From contig NC_057749.1 of assembly GCF_004010195.1 (NCBI RefSeq), positions 13,762,543 to 13,826,542 on the forward strand: a stretch of DNA of 64,000 nucleotides, given 5' to 3'. Of the stretch, positions 27,126 through 40,744 are shown one piece after another. Every line of letters begins with the position of its first letter. Position 1 is the stretch's first letter. This stretch comes from Chiloscyllium plagiosum (taxonomy: Eukaryota). The position numbers and the translations under genes were made by a program. The notes under the pieces are model-generated. The model worked only from the letters and a program-made list of their open reading frames with translations, did no database searches and was not told the DNA's origin.

Positions 27126-27882
27126 TATAAAAAGTCCTACAACCATTACATGTCCAAATTGTTTTAGAAATCGCTTAAAAGGTCAATATATGAAAAGGAA
27201 AGACAATCATTTCACTTTATTTTGACCTGGAGCTGGAAATTTGTAAGTACCTGTCAATTTTGAAAAGTGCAAGTATCTATTTGCAACAATGAGATCCTGC
27301 AATTGTAAATGGAACAGTCATGTTAATTACAGATCCGTGTTTGCAGCATATTGTATGCATTGCAGTCACACACTTGCTTCTATAAAATAAGCCATTGTAT
27401 TATTACCACAAGCAATTCTGCCTAACAAAAAGAAATTGAAGATGGCAATTTTGCTCCTTTATTAAGAGAAAGGCAGACATTCAATTTCTGCCTTTAAAGT
27501 CTAATTATATTCTGGTGAAGTTCAGTTCCTTAGCTTCTGCCTTCCAGCCAAAGCAGAAAAAAGAGATGAGGATCGAGATGATGAAGGGCAGGGGGAGAAC
27601 AATGATGACAACAAGAAAGATAGGAACACCTGGCATTTATTTCAAAATCTTTAAATAAAAATGTGCCAAAATGCTTTACTCAGTATTTTTCTGAAACAGG
27701 ACTTGGTACTGCTCAGAAATCACAGACTCCCCTTCAGCTTCATTCAAATTTTCAATATCTCCGTGGACAAAAAGATCAAAATTGGTGAATAATCTTTCAG
27801 CCTCAATAATTGTAATCGTACGGAGTTGACTCCAAACTTTGTATTTGATAAATCACTAAAGAAATTTAATGAACTGCAGTAC

Positions 27883-28009
27883 CTGTTTCTCCAGAATGCG
27901 ACTGATTTCTCCCAGAGTCCTGTCAAGCGAAGATACCTTGTTATTTGCCCAAGGTCCGCTATCCTGTCCTTGCAGCTGTTTCAGGAGATCTTTCACTAAT
28001 CTCTGAAGT
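27883..28009 (-). CDS. SCAPER: SCAPER internal coding exon (127 nt, phase 2-0)
   Basis: Minus strand ttttatctttgaatgtAG|A CTT CAG AGA...GAG AAA CAG|GTACTG translates to LQRLVKDLLKQLQGQDSGPWANNKVSSLDRTLGEISRILEKQ, matching recalled human LQRLAKDLLKQVQVQDSGSWANNKVSALDRTLGEITRILEKE. It joins the 66-nt exon in frame (AA+A = Lys). Confidence 0.95.
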
Positions 28010-28579
28010 CTACATTCAAAGATAAAATGTCAACTAAATTACTTCCACTGTTGGTTATTGACAGGAAATATTAAAATGGACATAAATAAAGAGATATATA
28101 CCCATTTGAATTGCTCTTATGACTAGGGCGCAAAACCATTAACCATCCTGAGCTGCCCTAAGAAATTATTGTGGGTCATTCTAGCAAAAATTCTTTCTTG
28201 GACAGTTGAGTGGTGTGCTAGGCACTTCAGACAGAGAGTTCAAAGTAAATCATGAAACATGGGATTAGAATTACATTTAGGACCAATCAGGTGAGGAAGA
28301 CAGAATTACTTGATGGAAAGATTGCAGTGGAGCAGTTGGGTTTCAGATAACAATGCCCTTGCTTGCAAGTTTAAGTTTATTTTCTGAACACTAGTTCACA
28401 AATAATCAGATTTATTGAATTCTGGAATGATGAGGTTTAAGTGCAATCCTTGGTTTGCTAATTCTATGTCACTATGACATCAACACACCCAAAAAATCCA
28501 AGTTGGTAAAGTATACTCTCCAATTCATATGAACATGGCTGTTTGGGCCCTCAAGCCTGCACTGCTGTTTCAGAACTGC

Positions 28580-28690
28580 TCTTCAGTTCTGAAGAAGAGA
28601 CACAATAGCCTCCAAGTGTTAACTGTTTTTCTCTCTCCACAGATGCACCAGACCTGACGAGTTTCTCCAGTATTTTCTGTGTTTACCTCT
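28580..28690 (+). mobile_element. Penelope-derived pLTR remnant (family D)
   Basis: ttctgaagaag...gttaactgtttttctctctccacagatgc.ccagacctg..gagtttctccag. Related pieces at 9230-9355, 19915-20000, 20140-20240 and 42410-42490. Confidence 0.6.
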
Positions 28691-30517
28691 AGTTCTGGAC
28701 TCATCCACAAGAGGAAACATTCTTTCCGTGTTACATTGTCAAGACTTTACAGGATCTTACACACTTCAATCAAGAGACCCTTCACAGTTTTAAACTCCAA
28801 TGGAAAGAAGCACAGCTTGTCCAACCTATCTTCATAGGAAAACCTGTTCTTTCCAGGTATCAATCTTTTACACTCACCCAACCTATTCATATCTCTCTTA
28901 GACTCCTTTTTTTTTCCCAATATACAAGCCAATCTATTTCCTCATCAATGTAATTGATGTAAATTGTAAAAATAAGTTGAGACCCCTGTAAAACTCCATT
29001 CATTATATCTTGCCAGTCAGCCAAGGACCCATTTATGCATAATTTCATCTACCATCTTCAATATTCATTCCTCTCATCAAAATCACACAGTGGCAGGGGT
29101 GAAAATCTACAAAGTAGCCTGTCGCATCTCACAATTGCTCCATAGACAGGACCTTCCAAATGTATCTATCACTTTGAAGGTCAAGGTTAATAGATGCATG
29201 GTAATCCCATAACTTGCAAGTTCTCCTCCACACCATAAGCCATCATGATCCTTCACAGTTATTGGGTCGATATCCTGGAAATCCTTGCCTAACAGTACTG
29301 TGGAGGTACCTAAGTTTCAAGGACTGCAACAGTTCAAGAAGGCAGCACACCTTCATTTTCTTCAATGTAAACAGAGACGGGCAATATATGCTAGCCCAGC
29401 CAAAAAGTGCACATATCCTGGCATGAATAAAAAAAATTCTTGTTTTTCACCTTCAAAGACCTAGCGTTAGGTTTTCTCAAAAGCCACTCAGAATCATCGA
29501 CTACCTCAAGGTATATTCACATCTAGTAGTTCAATTTCTTGGGTTTAAACTCCTGAACCCAGCTACTGACACTATTAGTTTAACTAAGTTGGTACAATCC
29601 CCAAGTTTCTCCAAGTTACAATATTTCTCAGGTGCAGAAAGGACATGCTTCGTGTGGACTTCCTTCACCTCACTCACAGCTACACTGAACTATTCATGAA
29701 ATCAGCATTTTCTTCCAAGCCCCGACTGATTAGGGAAGCTTCTCGGGATATTTTTGAGCCCTAACTCCAACTCTTTGTTGCACCTACTGGTTCCCAGACA
29801 TCTATGAGCCCCCACTGGCCAGAGCCTGCACCAATGGTACATTTTTGGGATGAACCTCTTCTGTCTGCTTTACTCCATTTAATTTAACAATGGTTCAAAG
29901 TTTGCAACCTCCTGCTGCAACTATCTCTGTTCAGTGACGCTTCAATTATTTTGTGAGATGTATTGAAAACCTTTAAATGTTTGATCCTTGGCAGAATTGA
30001 ATGTAACAACATTGGACCAGCCTGGGACAACACACACAACAAAAAAAAATGGGTTTAATCATATATTCATACATTACAGTTTGTGGGTCTTTCTGTGTAT
30101 AAATTGGATGATTGTTTGCCCATATAATAACTGTTGTTCTACTTCTACAAAATTTACAGTGTTTGATGTGCTTTCAGCTAGTTTTCAAGTGTGTGCTAAA
30201 GCCAGTTGGGCACAGTTTTTACACAGGGAAATTGTTAGTTTCAAAATATCTCACCACTCAAAATTCTGAAACAAGGCTTTCACGATCACCACCATTCATA
30301 AATGTTGAATTGAAAGGCCCAAGCTAGACAGATAACTGGGCACTTACCAGACTGCCTTGTTGCAAGAAACTTAAGACTTTTGTTTGCATTCCACAAACTT
30401 GATCACCTGTCTCCCTTTTAATTGCAGAGGGAACCAGGGGATGAAAAGAAAGCTTTATCACTTCAGAAAATTCAATTTCAATTCTACAAATTGCAGATGG
30501 CTCACCTTAAAGTTCTA

Positions 30518-30854
30518 CCGTAGCGCCTCGACATACAAACGACCCCGTTCACGAACAAATCGGTTTACGTAAAATTTTGCTTCAACGTACGTACGAAATT
30601 CAAGGTATGAACAAAGGTACGAACGCAAAAAGCCCGTGTGTGACTTCATTGTTCTGCTTTGCTACGCGCTTGTTGAACGCAAAAGCCCTCAGGCCCCGCG
30701 TGATCTCATTCAGTTCGTCTTTGGCGCGTGCGCTGTGAACAGCGTTCGTTCCTACATCCAAGCATTCTTACGCTATCCAAACAATGGGAAAAATTGATTC
30801 AGTTCGCGAACCGGGTCCCAGAACGGATTAAGTTCGTAAGTCGAGGCGCTACTG
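30518..30854. mobile_element. Tc1-mariner (Tigger/pogo-like) MITE
   Basis: TIRs ccgtagcgcctcgacatacaaac / gttcgtaagtcgaggcgctactg (consensus CAGTAGCGCCTCGACTTACGAAC). Left flank TA. No ORF; CpG-rich. Confidence 0.8.
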
Positions 30855-31225
30855 GATTTTGTATAATCAAAATAATGGCAAAATAGTCTATTGGCATTAA
30901 GATAGCAACATTGATGTTGTAGCGGATACAATGTGATCAATTAACACGCAAGTTACACAATAATTAAAACCCTCAATTTATAATCTGAGTTGAATTATGA
31001 TATCACCTGAAAGAGTTACATATTAACTTTTGAGAGAGCATATTTTCAATTGAAGCAATGAACAGAAAGATCTCTTTGTACTCTTGTGCAAATGATAATA
31101 ATTATGATCTTCCCCCTCGGGCTTTCATGTAACTTCTTTTATTTAAATAGACAGCTAACACTATGCCTGCAACAGGAAAAAGAATATCAGATGCACCAGG
31201 ATTAAAAACACAGTGGTTCTTTTTT

Positions 31226-31935
31226 ATAGAGTCACAGAGTTATACAGCATAGAAACAGACCCTTCAGTTCTACTCGACTGTCCTGACCGGACATTCCAAT
31301 CTGCCCTAGTCCCATTTGCAAGCATTTGGCCCTTCTAAACCCTTCTTATTCATGTACCCATCCAGATGCCCACCTCCATAAACTCCTCTGACAACCCATT
31401 CCATACAGGCACCACCCTCTACCTGAGTTGCCCCTCAGGTCCCTTTTAAATATTTCCCCTCTCATCTTGAACCTAGTTAAAAATCACAACATCAGGTTAT
31501 AGTCCAATAGGTTTATTTGAAAGCACTAGCTTTCAGAGCACTCCTCCTTCATCATGTAGCTGAAGCTGATGAAAGAGCAGCGATCCGAAAGCCAGTGCTT
31601 CCAAATAAATATTTTGGACTATAACCTGGTGTTGTGTGATTTTTAACTTTGCCCACCCCAGTCCAACAGTGGCTCCTCCACACCTTAAACCTACACCCTC
31701 TAGTTTTGGACTCCCCTATCCTGTGAAAAAGACCTTGGCCATTCACTCTATCCACGTCCTTCATGATTTTATAAACCTCTATACAGTCCCCTTCAGCCTT
31801 TGACATTCCAGGGATAAAAAGCCGCAGCCTACTACTGAGCCTCTCCCTATAGCTCAAACCTTCCAATCCCAGTAACATCCTTGTGATTTTTTTCTGAACC
31901 CTTTCGAATTTAACAATATCTTTCCTACAGCAGAT
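31226..31935 (-). mobile_element. CR1 3' fragment with nested family B fold-back element (31476-31680)
   Basis: RKDIVKFERVQKKITRMLLGLEGLSYRERL. The insert has inverted gttaaaaatcacaac arms and a CTGATGAAAGAGCAGCGATCCGAAAGC motif. Confidence 0.85.
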
Positions 31936-32089
31936 AGTTTCTTTCACAGATGTCTCAGACTATTCTTAGAACAACAGATTTTTATTCTACAGCTTGCCCA
32001 AACCAGCATAACATATATTGCTATTGAAATTGCAGGTTTTGATTTAGAATGAACTCATAATCTACCACCTGCTGAAGAATCAAACCAAT

Positions 32090-33100
32090 ACTGAGATTTA
32101 AAGATCAACAGTGCTTAAGGTGCTGGAAGCAATAGCAAAGACTGAGCACTTAAGTAATCAAAGAGAGCGAGTATGAATTGGTGAAGGGGTGGTCATGTCC
32201 CACTAGTTGAATATTTTTGAGGAGGTCACTAACATAATAAGTATGAGATTCTATTGGTGTAGGAGACTACAGATGTAGTCTATGTGGATTTCGAAAGGTG
32301 ATTTCATAAGGCTTAGATAAACAAGAGCTATCAGCAAAGACAAGAGGAGACATAATGGGGTATAATCTTAAAGTTTTGGAAGTAGGGGATAGAGAGTAGG
32401 TCAAAGAGCTCAGATAACAAGTATGCCTCAGGTTTTCACCACATAAGCCTAATGATTTCAATAACGGAATAGCGTGCTTTAACTGCAGATGTGCAGATGA
32501 CAGTAATTTGGGAGGAATGAGTCATGTGGATTCACAGGTGGAAGTTACAAAAGGACATAGATTCAGCAAGCAGGTAAAACTATACTAAATGGAGTTAAAT
32601 GGATGGAGGTGAAAGATACATATTTTGGATCTGAGAAACACAAATTAGAATATTTTCTCAGTTTTGGGAGACTAGGAGCTGTGAAGAAGCAAAGGAATTT
32701 CGGTGTCCATGTACACCAATGACTAAACATTGGTGCAAAATTACAAAACGTAAGCAGAATGTCAAATGGAATCTTGTCATTTCCTTCAAGGGGTTTGAAA
32801 TTCGAAAGTCAGGAAGTGTTTTACTTGCATAAAGTTTTGTTCAGTCCCCATATGAATTTCTACAAACAATTTTGCATAACAACATTCAGGATACATATTT
32901 TGGAGATGTACTGCATAAGTTCACCAGATTCAAACCATGGTTTAGTGGGTTAAATTACGAAGTACAGATTATGATAAATATAGAAATTTGCCTTGTATTC
33001 CCATGTGCTGAGAAGGCTGATGAATGATCCAACCGTTGTATTTCAAATGATTAATGGATTCAAAAGAGAAACCATTTTGGAGTCAAATATAAGGAACAAC
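32090..33100 (+). mobile_element. Highly decayed CR1 LINE
   Basis: Remnants: gatgtagtctatgtggattttcgaaagg, gcagatgacagtaatttgggagg, gaagcaaaggaatttcggtgtccatgtacac. Confidence 0.6.
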
Positions 33101-34019
33101 AATTACTTCACTTCAGAAGTTGTCCGGTGATCACATAAGGGGACATATGAAAAGCTGGTTGAATTAGCCAATGGGTCAGTGACCTGTGAATTATTAGGAA
33201 TCTTGCTGCACCACTGGCTAGCTGGCACACACATTCACATAGCTGGTAGGAATGCTTCGACTTCCATAGCTGAGTGTGCCAGAAAGGAAGCTGTAGTGGA
33301 GAATGAGAATGAGAATGTGCTTGAAGCATTTATAAGACTGTGAGACGAAAGAAGACTGATTTATCCATTTCAATTTCAAGCCCCGAGGGTTGCTTGTGAT
33401 CTCTGATTAACTATCTGCTGCATGTGGTGGCAAACTAAAAGAATGAAAAAAGACATTCAGACCTCCACCACACCCACCTAAAAAAAGTGAAGTTTATTCG
33501 TTTTCTGTTGAACACAGATACAAAAGAATCATTGTAAGCAGAAAAGTATCTGTGCATTTGAAATCACTTTCAATGAATTTTTTTTAAAAGGATTCTGTTC
33601 ATTGCACTTGGGGCTGAACATATGAACACTTCATAAATTTTTGGATTCCCACTAATGCCAATGGTGCAAATCTTATGTTCACACAGTGTGCCACAAATGG
33701 TAAAACAAGGTCTTACCCTAATGATTCCTGATCTCATGGAAAGCAACGGAAAGGTAGATATGTCAGTTCAGCATATGAATTAGACTTCTAGTAAAGACAC
33801 TGAAGGCATACAGTTTCAAACATTTATAAATGCAGCCAGATGCTCTTAATCTGGATTCTTTTTCAATGCATTTCCAAGTTGGGATGAAATCCTTCCTCAT
33901 CTGTACTTTCCCCATGATCATGCCGCTCTGAATTACTGCCAATATTGTTTCTTTTGGCATTGACAAAGCCCTGGGAAGACCGAAAATTGGTTCATGGCAA
34001 AAACTAAAGAACTGATCGT

Positions 34020-35143
34020 TGACTGATTAGCAAGGTTAGATCTCACTGAATACAGGGAGAACTAGCCACTTGGATACAGAACTAGCTCAAAGTAGAAGAC
34101 AGAGAGTGATGGTGGAGGGTTGTTTGTCAGACTGGAGGCCTGTGATCAGTGGAGTGCCACAAGGATCGGTGCTGGGTCCTCTATTTTTTGTTATTTACAT
34201 AAATGATTTGGATGCGAGCATAAGAGGTACAGCTAGTAAGTTTGCAAAAATGGGAGGTGTAGTGGACAGCGAAGAGTTACTTCAGATTACAACAGGATCT
34301 TGATTAGATGGGCCAATGGGCTGAGAAGTGGCAGATGGAGTTTAATTCAGATAAATGCAAGATGCTGCATTTTGGGAAAGCAAATCTTAGCAGGACTTAT
34401 ACACTTAATGGTAAGGTCCTAGGGAGTGTTGCTGAACAAAGAGACCCTGGAGTGCAGGTTCATAGCTCTTTGAAAGTGGAGTCGTAGGTAGATAGGATAG
34501 TGAAGGAGGCATTTGCAATGCTTTCCTTTATTAGTCAGAGTATTGAGTACAAGAGCTGGGAGGTCATGTTGCGGCTGTACAGGACATTGGTTAGGCCACC
34601 GTTGGAATATTGCATGCAATTCTGGTCTCCTTCCTATCGAAAAGATGTTGTGAAACTTGAAAAGGTTCAGAAAAGATTTAAAGATGTTGCCAGGGTTGAA
34701 GGATTTGAGCTATAGAGAGAAGCTGAACAGGCTGGGGCTGTTTTCCCTGGAGCGTTGGAGGTTGAGGGGTGACCTTATAGTGGTTTACACAATTATGAGG
34801 GGCATGGATAGGGTAAATAGGCAAAGTCTTTTCCCTGGGGTCAAGGAGTCCAGAACTAGAGGGCATAGGTTTGGGGTGAGAAGGGAAAGATATAAAAGAG
34901 ACCTACGGGGCAACATTTTCACAGAGAGGGTGGTATGTGTGTGGAATGAGCTGCCAGAGGAAGTGGTGGAGACTGGGTACAATTGCAACATTTAAAAGGC
35001 AGTTGGATGGGTATATGAATGGGAAGGGTTTGGAGGGATAGGGACCAGGTGCTGGCAGGTGTGACTAGGTTGGGTTGGGATATCTGGTCGGCATGGAGGA
35101 GTTGGACTGAAGGGTTTGTTTCCATGCTGTACATCTCTATGAC
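34020..35143 (+). mobile_element. CR1 (HER1-like) LINE 3' ~1.1 kb
   Basis: [51 protein letters not shown]; catctctatgact tail. Confidence 0.95.
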
Positions 35144-35144
35144 T

Positions 35145-35850
35145 TCAGAAAGAAAGGAGAACACACCCCCGTCTACATCAATGGAGCTGAGGTTGACAGG
35201 TTGGACAGCATCAAGTTCCTAAGGGTGATGATAACCGACAACCTATCCTGGACTTCCCACGTAGACGTGACGGTCAAGAAGGCACAACAATACCTCTTCT
35301 TCCTCAGGTGGCTCAGAACATTTAGCATGTTCATAAGGACCCTCATCAACTCTTATAGATGCACTACTGAAAGCATACTGTCCAAGTGTATAACAGCCTG
35401 ATATGGCAACTGCTCTGCCCAGGACTGTAAGGAACTACAGAAGGTTATGTGCACAGCCCAGACCATCACAGAGGCCAACCTCCCATCCATGGACTCCAGA
35501 TAATGCTTCGTTGCTGCAGAAAGGCTGTCAACATAATCAAAGATCCATTGTACCCCGTAAATGGTTTCCTTTTACCTCTTCCATCAGGCAACAGATACAC
35601 AAGCTTGAACTCATCCACCAGCAGGTTCAAAAACAGCTTCTTCCCTGCCATTATTTGACTAATGAATGGACTCTCTAACTTCAAATATTGCTGATCTAGC
35701 CTAGCGCACGCTCTGTGCGATGTAATCTGTATGCCTCCAAGTTTTTTTCATCTGTATGATATTGCTTACTATGATCTGCCTGTAATGCTCACAAACAAAG
35801 TTTTTCACTGCACTTAGCTACACGTGACAATAAATCAGAATCAATCAATC
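35145..35850 (+). mobile_element. Rex1/Babar LINE 3' fragment
   Basis: SIKFLRVMITDNLSWTSHVDVTVKKAQQYLFFLRWL; TSRFKNSFFP; aataaa(tcaa)n tail. Confidence 0.85.
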
Positions 35851-36115
35851 CCTACCTGCAAACCCACTTTCAAGGAACTATGCATCTGTACCCCTTGGTC
35901 TCTGTTCTGCAATGCTCCGCATGGCCCTACCATTAACTGGTTTGCCTTACCAAAATGCAACACCTCACTTTCATCTAAATTAAACTCCGTCTGCCACTCC
36001 TCTCCCCTTTGTCCCATCTGATCAAGATCCCACTGCACACAGAGATAACTGTCTTCAGTGTCCACTACACCACCTATTTTGGTGTTATCTGCAAACTTAC
36101 TAATCATATCTTCGA
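35850..36115 (-). mobile_element. CR1 RT fragment
   Basis: ISKFADNTKIGGVVD...WQTEFNLDESEVLHFGK. Confidence 0.9.
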
Positions 36116-37388
36116 TATCCAATTGGAGCTCCATTCGCTGGAGCAATCAAACGATGTTACGAAACATCTGCAGTTGTGCTTGCTAACACTCCTGAACATG
36201 CACACTAGCAGCGAAATCAGTCAGCAGGCATGCAGTGTATTGATAATATATTTATGATCTTTCTGATGTTAATTAAACCAGCTCACACTACTAGACTTCC
36301 AACCAAGTTCCTCTTGAAAAGCATATAGAACTCATTGGCAGGAATTACGTTTTTTTCAGCAAAGATGCAAGATTAATCATAATTTTTAAGAGGTCTTTTT
36401 TGAGTTAAAGAAAACAGAAGTCAAGTTTTCTCTTAAAATCATAATTTTGCATACACTCCTTTTCTCCTCAGCTCAACAAAGACACTTACTCATGCACGTT
36501 TTGGCTGCACAGGTGCTCCCTCAAATGGCTCTGTGAGGCAACAATGAATATTCCTAATTGGCATGGGCCGCCTCTCAGCTGAATGCAATATCATCCTCAG
36601 CTAAGGACTGCCAAGCAGTTTTAAAGCAGGGATAACTTAATATTAGTCAGAAGCAGGGGGGCCAAACTGATTTAAGTCATCCTTTCCCAGTAAGAAAATG
36701 TTAACAACCCAGCAGAAATCAACTTCATTTTATTTGGGCTTTAGATCAACTTGAGACTCTTGCTTTCTTTGGCTTATATCTACAGTCGGTAACACCATAC
36801 ACTTTTAAGAAATGTTTCTTAGCAATAAATGCCAAACTAATTAACACTATTGCTTTGTTCTATTTCAGCTGTGTACAGAGCACTTAAGTGTGGGAGAAAC
36901 AGAAGCACAAGTTATTTTCTATAATCTTCAACACTTTGAAAAATTCTTTGTAATAAGGACATAAGGCAGATATCCATCAACCAAATAGCAGATATCAATG
37001 TCAATCCTTGACTTTTTTTTAATTGTAATTTAATTTGTGTCTTTTTATGCTCTCCTTTCCTTTGTTGTTTCAACTCTTCCCAATTATTTGTACAGCCCAT
37101 TAAATCCACTGCAACATTTCGGATTGTTCAATTTATGATCTTCACCTCTTCATACTTTTGTTTTTAGAACTGTAACAAAGGTACTTACCGATCTTTCTTC
37201 TGAGGAAACGTTTTTTTCTTTGAAGATAGATTTATGATGTATTTCCAGCATTATCTGTTTTTATTACAGCTCCTAACTCCCGAAGGCAGAAAATTTTAGC
37301 ATTAAACAATGGCTGCTTTTAAATGTACGGTCTGGATATGATGCAATCGCTACTCACAATTGTTAATATCTGTTTATAAAGTACTTAC

Positions 37389-37454
37389 TTAGCTTTGAAG
37401 GGCGAATCTGGAATCTGAGCTTTGGCTTCCAGTGAGCTTTCATACTCTTTGCCC
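37389..37454 (-). CDS. SCAPER: SCAPER internal coding exon (66 nt, phase 2-2)
   Basis: Minus strand reads cattatgtacAG|G GGC AAA GAG TAT GAA AGC TCA CTG GAA GCC AAA GCT CAG ATT CCA GAT TCG CCC TTC AAA GCT AA|GTAAGT. This translates to (R)GKEYESSLEAKAQIPDSPFKA(K), matching the recalled human SCAPER segment RAKEYESLMETKNSGSDSPYKAK. Confidence 0.93.
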
Positions 37455-37928
37455 CTGTACATAATGAACACAAGACATTCATTAAAACCTTAATTGTTGT
37501 TTATTATACTAATCAAAAGTGACCAGGATAAATCTGCATGGTTTTCAAAAATAAAGAGATTGTTTCTTCTGGTCATGTCTCTCCCTTCCTTCAAGGCCTG
37601 TTTCTGACTGCACTGTCAGTATAAACACCTACTGGGGCTCCCCATCACTTGTGAAATGCTCAACGATGCCCTTTCTTCAAAAGCACAAAAAATGCCAGTT
37701 GTTTCAGGATTATGTCACTCTTTCTATTACATGGTAAAAATATTCAGATCAATTTCACAGCATGTACCATTTCATGGTATTTCATAAATGGCCCCTGCAA
37801 GACCAACAAAACATCCAGCTACAAACCAACCTTTCCGAGCTAATCCTATTGACTTTTGATCATTTTAATGCTGTTTATAAATGTACATGCACCCCAATTA
37901 TAATCGGTCCATAATTGGCAGATGTTCC

Positions 37929-38622
37929 TGTTGTGCAAGTGTAGAAGTGTACTGTACCTTTGAGAGAGTAAAGGAATTGGCAAGCACACCAAGTGCTGAA
38001 CAATTTATGATGTAACATTTGATTCAGAACAGATAGTACTGGCTGAGTTGCTATGAGACAAAAACAATTTGAATTTGGCCAATCAGTTTAAATTACACCC
38101 CAAAAAAAATCAAAGTCCAATCAAGTTTGAATTTAGTATATTGTCAATCTTAAAAGCCAGTGGTTTTTTTTGGAATGAGTGGGTATAAAACTGGGGGAAA
38201 TTGAACAGTTGGGAGGAGAACTGCTAAGCTACCAGCATGTAAAGACTGTCTGAAAAATAGCTCTCTTAAAAGGTACTGTTATTGATCAGTAACCTGTGAA
38301 GCAGAATCCCCAAGAAGGAAAGACGACAGGAATACATTGAAAACTGCAAGCTGCTTGGTTTTGAGATAAGAAGTTTTGTTTTGTAAATATAATCGGGAGT
38401 TTTATCAGACTAGTATTATAGAAGGGAAGGTAAAAGATGGATTAGAGAGGAGCTGTAAATAGTTGTTAGTTAATTATTCTGTTATATTTCAGAACTAAAG
38501 TTGTTAATTTGTACTTCAAATAGTTCTTGGCCTCTCAAATTTTCAGAGATAATTATATGTAACAAATCTTATCCGTGTTGCTGGTTTACAGTAAGCAGGA
38601 GATTTTACCCAGTGTCGTAACA
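37929..38622 (+). mobile_element. Solo LTR (694 bp)
   Basis: TG...CA termini (tgttgtg...cgtaaca), perfect 4-bp TSD ttcc at 37925-37928 and 38623-38626, two CCAAT boxes and gggTATAAAA at ~38181. Confidence 0.8.
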
Positions 38623-39209
38623 TTCCTTCAGTTACCTAGTCTCCAATTTCTGGAATTCCTTGGAATATGCCTTTTAACTTCTCTGCCTTGTTTTCTTCTT
38701 AAAATCTACCTCTTTGACCAAGCTTTCAATAATCTCCTTATGTGACTTGATGCCGTATGGTGTTGTATAATTCTCCTGTGAAGTGCCTTGGAACATTTCT
38801 TTATATTAAAGGTGTCATAATTTGTTGGATATTCAGATAGCATATTGTCTAATGACAACAGGGATATGGTCAAAGTGTAACAGTGAAATGTAATTCAAAC
38901 ATTCAAGCAGGGTTTGCAATGAGTACTATGCAGAACCAATAACATATCACAGAAGTAGATTTCTTCCTCCTTAGTTGTGTCCAATGATCAGCAACATTCT
39001 CAACCCTATTTTCAGTTTATTCCAGCAGTGCAAAATATTCCAGCCACTAAATTCTAGGAGTAAAGTTATGGTTTACAGCAGACAAACTGGTAAAGTATTT
39101 GATGCAGTATTTGGACCAACCCCTCGAAATTGCTAAAATGCTCCATATAACTATGGTATCATACAATACCATCAAAGCTGCCATTTTATTCGGGCTAGCT
39201 AATGTTACC

Positions 39210-39575
39210 TTTTTTTCCTTCCTTTACTCTTTAACAGGATTAGGGCATCATTGGCTAGGCAGCATTTATTACCCATCCCTAATTGCCCAGAGGGCAGTTG
39301 AGAGTCAACCACTTTGTCGTGGGTCTGGAATCACATGTAGCCAACCAGGTAAGGAGGCAGTTTCCTTCCTTAAAGGGCGCTAGTGAACCAGATGGGTTTT
39401 CTGACAATTGGCAATGGATTTTTCCAACAGTAATCATTAGATTCTTAATTCCAGATATTTATTGAATTCAAATTCCACCTTTTTTCATTCTCGGATTCGA
39501 ATCCGGGTCCCTGGAACATTACCTGGGTCTCTGGATTAACAGTCCAGTGATAATACCACTAGGCCATTGCCTCCC
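39210..39575 (-). mobile_element. tRNA-head SINE
   Basis: Minus 5' end ggaggcaatggcctagtggtattatcactggactgttaatccagagaccc...ggattcgaatcc; same family as 24295-24595. Confidence 0.7.
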
Positions 39576-40744
39576 CTTTTGAAACTTTTACTACAGCAAT
39601 TAGTTATAGAACTGGATGTAGATGTTTACCAATGCAGTAGCTTTCTAACTGTGAAGTATATTGCCTCACATATTTTGCAATAAGTAAATAATCTATATAA
39701 GATGCACACATGTAAGAACGTAGGAATAAGGAATATTTCCAGGTGCAAATAAAGATATTTCTAATATCTAATTTTTTTTTAAACTGGAAACGTGTTACAG
39801 CCACATGCTTTAAAACTGCCTATTTCCATCTTTGTAATATTGCCCATCTTGGGCCTGCATCAGCTTATCTGCTGCTCAAACTCTCTCCTGTGTCTTTATT
39901 AGTCTGACTTTGTCTCGACCAACTATTCCAATGCACCCTTAGCTGGTATCTCAAAATCCATCTTCTCCACACTTCTAGCCAACTAACATACTCCTCCAAG
40001 AACCAAGTATTATTCACCCACTACTCTCCCTCCACATTCATGGACTTATTCTGGTTCCTGGTTGAGCAATGCCTCAATTCAAAAATTCTCAACCTTGTTT
40101 TCAAATTAATCTATGAATTCATTTTTCCTGACTCTTCATAACCTCCTCCAGTTCACAATTTTCCAACTTCGGTGCTCTTCCAATTCTGTCCTCGAGCATC
40201 CCCAAATCCTCTAGCCTAAAGCTGTCAAAGCCCTCAACTCTGCAAGTGCCTTCCTAACCATCTCCAGCTTTCTTCCTTAAGACACTTCTCGAAACTTACC
40301 TCTTTGACCATACTTACTATACTAATTCGGTCAGGTTGGCGACAAATTTTGCTGAAGAGCTCCTATGAATCAGTTGGTGCATTTCGCTGTATTACTTCAA
40401 AGGCCTTGTGTAAATACAAGTTACTGTTACAAATGTAGGTGTAAAACGATTTTTAAAAAAATATTAAAACCCTTGGTGATGGGCACATGTACATTGTGCA
40501 AGACAGCATAGAGAGTAGCAAAGGATGACTTAAATCAAATAAAAATTGAAGACATCAGTTTTCGCATTAAAACCCTATGACTGTAGGGCATGCGATGATT
40601 GAAGAAAGTGATTTATTGAATGCTTACTATAATCATTGCCTTGGTTAAAAACATTAAAGTGTGATTTGACGTCTTGGTTATGAGAAGTAATTCATAAGAC
40701 ATGACAGGCCAAATTAAAAACTATCATTTTCTGAGCTTGTCTTT

